37,199 bases of DNA. Origin: Fistulifera solaris (Eukaryota). The stretch covers positions 1,302,001 through 1,339,199 of the forward strand of contig AP026132.1 of NCBI GenBank assembly GCA_030295235.1. The letters run 5' to 3'. Shown here in pieces: positions 1-8,593 of this stretch (its first letter is position 1; every line of letters begins with the position of its first letter). The position numbers were made by a program, and so were the translations under genes. The notes under the pieces were generated by a model that was not told the DNA's origin, made no database searches, and was given only the letters and a program-made list of their open reading frames with translations.

Positions 1-682
1 AGAGGATCGGCTCAAAGTCTTTCAAACCAAGAAAGCCTCGAAATCCTCCACGGATCCCCCAAACTTGGTTGGCACCATAGGCGCTACAAAGACTGTGAGT
101 CAGCTCGCGAATTACATTGTTGATACCAGGACTGAGTCCACCACAGGTCACGATCGCAGCATTGACACGCGACGGACTGAAATGCAATAGTTCACGAGGA
201 CCAGCGCGAACGAACGCACGTGATAGAGAAACCAATTCAGGTGTTCGGACGACATCCAAGTAAACTACATCGTCATCGCTGAAGTATTCATTGTAGTCAA
301 AGGAAATACACTGCGAGGACGTTGGTTCCGATAAATCCGTGCGGCTCGTATCCCAATCCTTTTGATCTTGAAAGTATTTTGGAGGGTGCACAGGAATGGG
401 CTTGAAAAGTTCCACACGACTGTTGCAAGTGTTATCCGAAGAAAAGTATTCGCGCAATGATTCTAGTTTTGCTACAAAGACCTTTTTCACGACAAGATGC
501 TCCTCCGTGTGGGCTTCAAACCCGGCCCGAGAAAGATAGCCCTCCAGTTGAGCCCGATCTTCCTCTTGATTCAAAATACCGTGTGAAGAACCTCGGAAAA
601 AATGATTGATAGTCTCCTGCTCTTGCACCATGGTTCTTACGTTTTCGAGAAGAGGATCGTATTCCAGCTTTATTGTTGCCAT
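1..682 (-). CDS. PFK: 6-phosphofructokinase (plant/protist ATP-PFK type), 5' part; runs off the left edge
   Basis: Manual translation from the ATG at 682 (context accATGg) stays open to the window edge: MATIKLEYDPLL...SRAFVRAGPRELLHFSPSRVNAAIVTCGGLSPGINNVIRELTHSLCSAYGANQVWGIRGGFRGF. This matches the PFK N-terminal RAGPR...IVTCGGLCPGLNxVIRE signature. It is absent from the ORF track because there is no stop in the window. Confidence 0.9.
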   Translation of the reverse strand, partial: MATIKLEYDPLLENVRTMVQEQETINHFFRGSSHGILNQEEDRAQLEGYLSRAGFEAHTEEHLVVKKVFVAKLESLREYFSSDNTCNSRVELFKPIPVHPPKYFQDQKDWDTSRTDLSEPTSSQCISFDYNEYFSDDDVVYLDVVRTPELVSLSRAFVRAGPRELLHFSPSRVNAAIVTCGGLSPGINNVIRELTHSLCSAYGANQVWGIRGGFRGFLGLKDFEPIL

Positions 683-1994
683 GGTGTACCGAGCTACTAA
701 ACGACAATGCAGATGATGATTTTCTTATTTTCTTCGATTTGAGAACACTGATGCGAGAGCCGCGACTGAGAACAGTCGCGGTGTCTCCGACATTGCGACA
801 TCATTCTTGCATTTTTCGCATCAGAAATGAAGAAATGAAGCCAATCACCGGTTGAAGCAGGAAAGGCGTAAGCAATATACGCCCGCTGAAAGTGTTAAAG
901 TAATCAACAAGGCCATACATTGCTTTTTTTGAACAATTTTGCGACAGTAAATCGTTTCGAAGGCGTGACTCTTACGAGAGTATCACACGTCGTTATCACC
1001 GTTCAATTGTCTCGACAACAAAGCAGGCAGAAGAAGAACAGTATTTAGGAGTTGAGAAGCTCATTTTGATTATCCTTTCTTTTGCTCCAGATCTATATAG
1101 CCACAATAGAAACGAGAGCGGCGAATTGAAGCAAATTTCTTCACCGTTTGTCGACCGTCAACTCGTTTTAGCCGTCATCTCTCTTTCAAATGCAGCAGAC
1201 AACGGCGGTAGGTCAAACGATGTCATAGAGGGAATACCTGATACCGTAGTCTGATCCTTTCGCTTGCTGCTTCGGCTCTATGGTGTCGCATCACCTTGAC
1301 GATTTTCGATGTTTCGCTCTCGTCGACCATGTCTCAGGACTGAATATTTTTTAGTCATTAGCCCTGGCTTGACTATAGCAATAAAGTGTAAATCGACTTT
1401 TCCAAGACTGCAGTTCAGTCATGAATGAAGAATTCTGCTCTCCCACCGCTCGCACCAGGCTGTGAAACATATAGTCTTTAGCACCAGGGACGAAGTTAAC
1501 TATGTCTCCATTTGTACTTCAAATCTACAGTCACATTATTACTTAGGACAAAGAACAAAGAACGGGAATCAAAGGTAGTACATTTTTGTATCATTTGTTA
1601 AGGTAATGACTATTCAATATTTAAGCCTGTACAATACTATATTGTAGCTAAATAAATGCATTTATTTTTTTAGGCCAAAGCTAACCGGGCGAGCGAAAAT
1701 GAAGTTGAAAATGTCTAAAAATAATGTCAACGGTACTCAGAAACACCGCTCAATGACCCATTTACACTTTTGCCACTTTCGTCCTAACCGCATTTCCACC
1801 TCCAAAATGATGCTTGGACAGAAATTGAACAGATCAGCGCGCCTGCCAATCCTCCCCGCCATTTTTTGAAAATTCACCTCACTTGAACAACAGCGTCAAC
1901 GCGTTCAGTTGACACAATTTTCATTCTCTTGCTCGTCCAATCAATGCCCACTAAAGTTTCAAGTGTTTGTTCATTGGTTATCACTTGATAAAAC

Positions 1995-3848
1995 ATGGGA
2001 GTAACCGAGATCAACGCTGAGGTGAAGTGCCTCCTTGCTCTTGCCATCTATGACAAAAAGTCGTCCTACAGAACGATGACGGTAGCCAGATTGAAGAAAT
2101 CATTGGCCACTGCGTACCATGGGAAGGATGGAAAGTACGATTACCCTTCACGCTTTGGTAAGGGTCAGGATGAGTTCTCGGCTGTGGTCAAAGAGGAGAA
2201 CATTAATGGCCAGCTGGTGTGTGTGCTTGACCCGGTTCTTCATCGACACACCGAGACCGTCGTTCACGGTTGGAGGCGAAGATTGTTACCTGACGGTGCA
2301 GTCGCTCAAAGTCAAGTCAAAGCGAAGTCCTGATTTGCTTGAAGGAACAACGCTCGCGTAACTACATTACAGATGCTTTAAAGATGGCGAAGAAGCAGCT
2401 TGCTATCATTGATGCTTACCTTGTCGACGGGCAAATGCGATCGGGCAAACGTTTTCCTGAAGACTATGCGGAGCATCTTCTCTCCGAAATGCACCGTATT
2501 CTCTTTGGACCAAATGCTGTGCGCAAGCCAAACTGGTTCTTCCGCGGGTTCTTTGCATTTATGGCGTGGGGTCCTATTCCTTTGGGCTTCAAGATGGAGT
2601 ATAAATCAAAGCTGTTCAACATGAAAGAGCTGCAATCGAGCAACGAGACGAAAAGCCGAAAGACGTTGCGACAAGAAGAACTGCAAGACAACAGCCCCGC
2701 AAAGAAGCCAAAGCCTTTGCAACCGGTCGAGAAACTCCACGAGGTGAAAGTACTTCAGCTGCTTTCGGTCAAGGCGGAAGCGAAACAGCGCTTTGACAAA
2801 CAAGAAGGAGAGTGTCCTCGAGAAGTGGAAGGAAAACACGTGGCGCGATTATCAAGAAGCAAAGTTCCTAGCTGAAAAGACAGGTAATTGGGACGAAGTC
2901 ATGACAAAGAAAAAAAGAATATGACGGCCGGTGAAGAAGTGGAAGATGACCGTTGACGCCATTGTGGACGAACAGCCCGACAAAACAAAGGAATGGAAAG
3001 CCTTTAATTCTTATCTCAAACGATCTGACATTGTTGATATGACAGGTGAAAACAGCGATGACGAGAAAGAAGGCGCAGAACTTGAAGAGGATGAAGGCGA
3101 CAATTTGGGTAACTTTGAAGACGACGACGACAACGCAAGCAAGCAGAGTGATGGCGAAGACGACGAGGATAAAGAGGACAACAAGGGGGAATATGAAGAA
3201 GGACAAGATGGTAACCAGGAAGAAGAAGGACAGGATGACGATGACGATGATGAAGACGAAGAGAGTGACGGCGAAGACAGTGACGGCGAAGACGACGCTC
3301 TGTTCAAGAAGAGCAACCGAGAAAAGGAGCAAGTTGATGATGTCTCTCCGGCTACAAAAGTGAACCCTTCCGCGGTTTTCACTACTCCCTATTCTTGTGC
3401 TCGAGGCGATGCAACTTACGTCACGGAATTCTCTAATGAATCCGGTTATTCTGACAGTCAAGTCGTTCGAATGCAACAAGCGCGGTATGCTGCATTGCAA
3501 GCGTTGAATAGTGGAACAACTGCTAACGCTTATCGCGGTCAAAAGCAGGGTATGCTGATGATGGCCGTTCTGTCTCTTCGGGTTCAACGTGGACGGATCG
3601 TCAGCGTCCTTGCACATCAACAAGCTTTGACAGCACAGAAAGCTCAGGAAGCGGCAGCTGCTTCTCAGAGAGTTCTTCCAGGTGCACCTGTCACTAGAGT
3701 TGGATATTTGACGCCCAACGTTGTTTCCTTCGCCCATTGGACAGTATGCAAGGGGAAACATCCCTACAAGCATTCTTGCGGACATTGGCAACACCACCGT
3801 TGCAAACGAAAGTCAGCTGACCAACCCGTCCCAGAGTATTTAGTTTAG
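1995..3848 (+). pseudogene. Harbinger accessory (second) ORF, broken by frameshifts; long acidic tract
   Basis: ORFs 1995-2333, 2119-2361, 2339-2875 and 2931-3848 tile one reading path inside the TIRs, convergent with the transposase. It contains an NWFFRGFFAFMAWGP segment and a long D/E-rich tract at about 3050-3300. No Myb/SANT motif is recognisable by eye. Confidence 0.6.
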
Positions 3849-3917
3849 CGAAATAATTTATTTCTAGGTTTAGTTTAGTTGTTAATGAGACCTAATAATT
3901 TAATCGTTTCGACAGAC

Positions 3918-5327
3918 TTATTTCTTCTTTTCAACGCATTCAACATCTCCGGTCGCGCGTGGCCAATAAATCTTGTTCATCTCGTAGCAAATGTCAAAGT
4001 GTTCCACTAGTTTCTGTCGAAAGAACTTCAGTGTTAGATTTAGGTACTGTGTAATGGCCGTTCTCATCTCGGGCGATTCATCACAGAAATATCCACAGCC
4101 TCATCTTCGCCGTCATCATCGCCATCGCCATCCTCTTCGTCATCGCCATCGTCATCAGAATTGTTATCGGAACCAGTTGCGTTGTTGTCGTTGGGGCCAG
4201 CCTCATTTCCTTCGGTGGCGACCCTAACTTGGCCGTTGCTGTGAAGAAGAAGAGCCCGCTGCGATCCTTTAAAATCTTCAAGCGATGTGCATATTGGAGA
4301 ACTGATGCACGCATTCGCACAGGAATGTCATCGGGATCAAGATATCCGAGATTCCCTTCCCAGTCACTCTTTGCTCCCTTTTCCCATCCCTCGTTCAACC
4401 CGTCTTTCTCAAGCAGAAGATTGTGGAGAGCACAGCATGCAAGAAACACTTTGTCAAGTTTGTCAGTACCAAACAATCGACATCCATACTTTAAGATGCG
4501 CCATCGTCCCTTCAGGATTCCAAACGTACACTCGACATCCTTTCGAACGGATTCTAACCACTGTGACCAGCGTTTTTGTGCGTCGTTATCCGAAGTTTTG
4601 TAGGGAGGAACGAAGATTGACCAAGGCTGATATCCGTTGTCGACTATAAACCAGGCTTCATTGTACGTCTGCACCCTTGTTCCGCCTTCGACTCTCTCAT
4701 ACAATCCAAATGACAAGTAATCATATTCATCAGTGTCTTTCGGCTCCCATCGCCAACTTGTCGAATCTTATGATTGATTTGTCGTTCCACCGAAGCCGGA
4801 CATCCTTTTGTAGTTGACATGATGTAGCGACGGTGGTTTACAGTGATGTTGTACGTCCTTGCCGTATGAGTGAGTTTAAATCCCTTGTGCTGAATGGCTC
4901 GACATTGTGCACCTTTCAAGACTGACATGAGTAGCGCCGAGAGACCCAACTGCGCCAGGAAATCCAGCATATGCGTACTCCGTTCTATCATTTGACAAGT
5001 TATACTCCGTTCTGTAGTCATCGACGTATTGCTTGTACAAAACAGTGGAGCAGAAGTCAACAAACAAATGAAAAAAATTGCCTGTGGGTCTCGCACTTTC
5101 GATGTACATTACGAACCAAGCAGAGTAAAGAGGATTAAGATTCTCCCACTTCTTTTTGCAGGATCGTCGGCGTTAAGCGTGGCGGTGGATCGGCATTGAG
5201 GAAGAACGCATCCTCGCTCGCCGTCAAATAGGTCCTCCTTCAACAACTTCAAGGCTGGAGAATAATCTTCAGAATCATCTGAATCATAAGATTCGTCCCT
5301 GAAAAGAAGTTCTTGAGCTATCGGCAT
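3918..5327 (-). pseudogene. PIF/Harbinger DDE transposase (DDE_Tnp_4/Plant_tran-like), frameshifted
   Basis: Motifs across frames: AGFPGAVGSLGATH, TYNITVNH...GCPASWNDK, WFIVDNGY, WSQWLESVRKDVECTFGILKGRWRILK, ACCALHNLLL, and C-terminal FRQKLVEHFDI...WP. The stop is at 3918-3920 and the candidate ATG at 5327. Several frameshifts are present. Confidence 0.9.
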
Positions 5328-5697
5328 GTTGCACGATGAAAGATGGAGAGAATGGATGAAGAAAACGAAAGAAAATAATGGAGACGTTGAAAACGGACTG
5401 TCGGTGGGAGGTGGAGAGGATGTTGTTTTGGGCGCGCGCAGGCCGACCGTGCCTGCTAAATAAAAAAAGTCGATGCGATTTTTTTTCACTTTGGAGTGCG
5501 AGATTTTGAAGGCTTCAAAATCTCGCATTTCACCCGGAACCCGGAAGTATAGAAAATGAAAATGACCCTCACTTCCATTTTCGCGCTCGGTTAGGAAGAA
5601 AAAATGGGTCATTGAGGGTCATTCCAGTGCCGGGTGTCTGTCAAATGACCGTCAACTTTCATTTTCTCGCTCCGGTTAGCTTTGGCCTTAGTACAAG

Positions 5698-5861
5698 CGA
5701 AGACACCGTCTCCGAACGAAGACTTCGTCTCCCAACTCCCAATGGGAGACTTCGTCTTCACTATGGGAGACTTCGTCTTCGCTACGGGAGACTTCGTCTC
5801 CCAATGGGAGACTTCGTCTACACAAAATCGAAGACAAAGTCTTCGTTGGGAGTTGGGAGAC
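5698..5861. repeat. Palindrome array 1: seven AGAC-NNN-GTCT units plus a half-site, consensus ATGGGAGACTTCGTCTYC
   Basis: AGAC starts at 5701, 5720, 5747, 5768, 5789, 5809, 5832 and 5858. An inverted pair GTCTCCCAACTCCCAA (5727-5742) / TTGGGAGTTGGGAGAC (5846-5861) brackets the core. Confidence 0.9.
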
Positions 5862-6295
5862 AATATGGACGGCCCTCAAACACTCAATTTTCAATGAGAA
5901 ATCAACATTAATCTACACCATAAATGCGGAAAGATAAAGCCTTTCATTTTTCATGACTAATTATTGCGATGCCCAATAAAATGACAATTTACATCGATGT
6001 TTATTCATTTTGCCAGTTTCAGGCAACTTTTTCACGATGCTGTCATCCCAAGTCATCAACCTATAATAAGTAAGTGATGATTTGGTACTCCAATGCTATT
6101 TATCATTAAATTCACGCTTGTAGCGCCGTCTAGAATTTCATCCAGTTCCACGTGGCAATCAGAGAAAGACTAAATCAATAGGTTATGAGTACCCGTCCGA
6201 GGAAGGGTTCTGGAAACGAACCCTTCCGCTAAACCCATCCGACCCGTCCAGATAGGGGTCGGGCCTGGAAGGGTTCAACCCGGCCGAAACCCTAG

Positions 6296-6390
6296 ATGGG
6301 AGACTTCGTCTTCTAAATGGGAGACTTCGTCTCCTAAATGGGAGACTTCGTCTTCCTAAGGGAGACTTCGTCTCCGCTTTATGGGAGACA
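6296..6390. repeat. Palindrome array 2: four ATGGGAGACTTCGTCT-type units plus a half-site
   Basis: AGAC starts at 6301, 6322, 6343, 6363 and 6386. Orientation is the same as array 1. Confidence 0.9.
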
Positions 6391-6762
6391 TTTTTCCATA
6401 CAAGAGAGTACATCCTGAGTCGTGGAAAACCTATGGGGCAAATATTTTCAAACGTAAAAGTAAGTAGAGTTACTGGACATTCGAAGTACCAGGTAAAGTG
6501 CCCCATAGTAGAAATATTACTTAAGTACACTTTAGGCGACTGTCCAGTACCGTCAAATTAAGTACTATAGAGATATAATTAACTTCGTCCCAGTAAAAGA
6601 AAGGTTTTTCCAACACAAATTTTTGTTTATTACTCTGTTTCATCTTCTTCGCTCCTAATTCTCCATGCAGTGAATTATCAGAAGAAGAAAATCAAATTGT
6701 TGGCGGCGCCTGTGAGACGTAAAAGTTGAATGAACGGTGTGATGCGATCTAGTACTGGTCTT

Positions 6763-7213
6763 AAACATCCAATTCTGGGCTTTTCCAGTGCACAGCTGTC
6801 AACGTTGCGTTGCGCACCGTATTGGCTTCGTATCGCTAGTAATATTCGCCATCGATTTGAAAACAAAACGCTGACGGAACGAATGATGCACCGCTTCGAA
6901 TGTCTACGTATTTTTACGTAGCTCTCGTAGGGAAATTTATCAACAGAGGGGAAACCCGGATATTATGTATTTTCGATCACACCACTTTCCGAGTCTTTTG
7001 GACACCAATGTCAACAACGCTTTGCCCAACATCGCTAACGCAAGCCAAGGAACAGTAAACGACTTTTGCGTTGACAGTGAAACACGAAAAAGCAGGAAAA
7101 TACAACGCTCCCAATGTCTACGCGCATTCTACGTAGCCGCCGTGGGAAATTTATCTCTGCATGGGGTACCCGGATATTACATTTTTTTACCAACATCCAA
7201 GTATTCTGGGCTC
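6763..7213. repeat. Degenerate ~214-bp tandem duplication (about 2 copies plus the start of a third)
   Basis: AATGTCTACG...TACGTAGC...GGGAAATTTATC...ACCCGGATATTA occurs at about 6899-6965 and 7113-7179. ACATCCAA(GT)ATTCTGGGCT occurs near 6765 and 7193. Confidence 0.6.
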
Positions 7214-8593
7214 GAAATGAAACTTTTCGGATTGATTGGAGGATGATGGTTCTAACCAACTTTCGTCAGAAAGAAAGGACCGTCGCATTTGATTTACTCC
7301 GTATTTGATTACGTGCTTCGTCAGACGAAACCGCTCATTGTCGCCGAGTTTCGTTCTCTTTTCTTTTCCTTTGCAATTCATCACAGCATATCTGAGAGAA
7401 ATGTTTGAAATCGACAAAGCTCAGCTCATCCTCGACACTTAAAACCCCGTCTCGTCTATGAGGGAAGGACAAAATTACTGCAAAGTCCAGTCAATATTCG
7501 TCAATGAACATGATATTGTTGCCAAAAAGCATCCAGAAACTGTAGCCCGACGCTATATTGCAGATGCTTTGGAAAGAAATGAGTACCTGGTAGGTAATAT
7601 GAGCTATATTTTTTGACCGATTATCTTTTTTGCAAAGGAGTGTGAGAGAGTTAATATCTACTCCGTAATGAATATTGAGTCTCATTCCGGGGCCGTCTCC
7701 TCGATGGGTATCGGAAAAATGTGCTCCGAGTAGTCCACATGAAACTCGCGCAAGTCTATCACTTAAGCCGCCTAGAGCACCCCGTCGTGCAGTGATTTTT
7801 GCCTCAGTGGATCATCTATCGCCCGATTGAGCGAACAACACAATAACACGATGCATGGACGGTTCACGATGAATCAATATCGGTAGACTACGAGTTTCGG
7901 ATGGGCAAGATCGAGACATGCATTAGTACTTGGAAGTAAGGAATGTTTGAAATGACTGCTGGAGTCGGTTCCTTGACGGATTGGCACCCATCGTCTCACT
8001 ACCAAATACCACATATGGTCTATGGAATGTCGGAAGCTAAAGATTGTACATCATGATAAGTATGGCACTATCTTTGCTAATTCAGCGAATTCAGGACTGA
8101 ATGTACAAGCGGCGACGATACATTAAGAACAAGCGGAGGTTTATCATCGCAGTTGTATTGATAGCGTTTGCCTCCAAGGACAACACCTCTGCTATTGAGT
8201 GGGAAGTTTCACCGAAGTTGAGAGCGGGACGTGCGAAGGTATGCGTAATGGGTTCGAAACCACTTTAAGGATGCATTCTGTCGAAAACGTTTTCTCAAGT
8301 TGTTTAGAGCTTTGTTAAAAGCCATGCTAGAGGGGACGCAAGGTTAACCAAACCGCCAAGCAAGCAATTTTAAGAAACTAATCAAAGAAATCAAACAAAC
8401 CATCCAGCCACATCCAATTAAGCTACATCGACCAGAGACGCGTTACGGTACCAGATAGACAATCAGCAGCTCTTTAATGCTTAGTTGTAATTTCGACTCT
8501 GTCCTACCGGTTAATGCATGAATCTTTCGTCTAAATATTTTTATTTTATAGTCTATGTTAAATGTTGAAGTACACTCGAGTGTCCAATGATGA

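Larger units (their letters stand above)
1673..5687. mobile_element. PIF/Harbinger DNA transposon, 4015 bp, probably defective
   Basis: Perfect 16-bp TIR GGCCAAAGCTAACCGG (1673-1688 / 5672-5687), extending imperfectly to ~37 bp. TTA target-site duplication at 1670-1672 and 5688-5690. Perfect 15-bp subterminal IR CTCAATGACCCATTT (1749-1763 / 5602-5616). Two convergent genes, one a Harbinger-type DDE transposase. Confidence 0.93.
1488..6590. mobile_element. Outer non-autonomous TIR DNA element (Harbinger-like by TSD), about 1.1 kb once the nested element is removed
   Basis: Left end GGACGAAGTTAACTATGTCTCCATTTGTACTT (from 1488). Reverse complement of the right end is GGACGAAGTTAATTATATCTCTATAGTACTT (ends 6590). 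This gives a 12-bp perfect, ~32-bp imperfect TIR. It is flanked by a direct CAG at 1485-1487 and 6591-6593. Confidence 0.7.

Noticed and set aside
2868..3797. 309-aa minus-strand hydrophobic ORF and poly-Ser ORF
   Set aside because: These are antisense shadows of the GAY/GAR-rich acidic tract in the plus-strand Harbinger ORF.
5698..6390. CRISPR-like array (palindromic repeats with variable linkers)
   Set aside because: The linkers are mostly only ~4-7 bp and similar to one another, there are no cas genes, and the context is eukaryotic and inside a transposon.
5609..6530. ORFs with ETKSP/GDFVF/RRRSLP repeats
   Set aside because: These are translations of the 21-bp palindrome arrays, open in several frames on both strands.
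7400..8440. Short ORF fragments downstream of MATE
   Set aside because: All are short, with no family motif and no consistent splice pattern.
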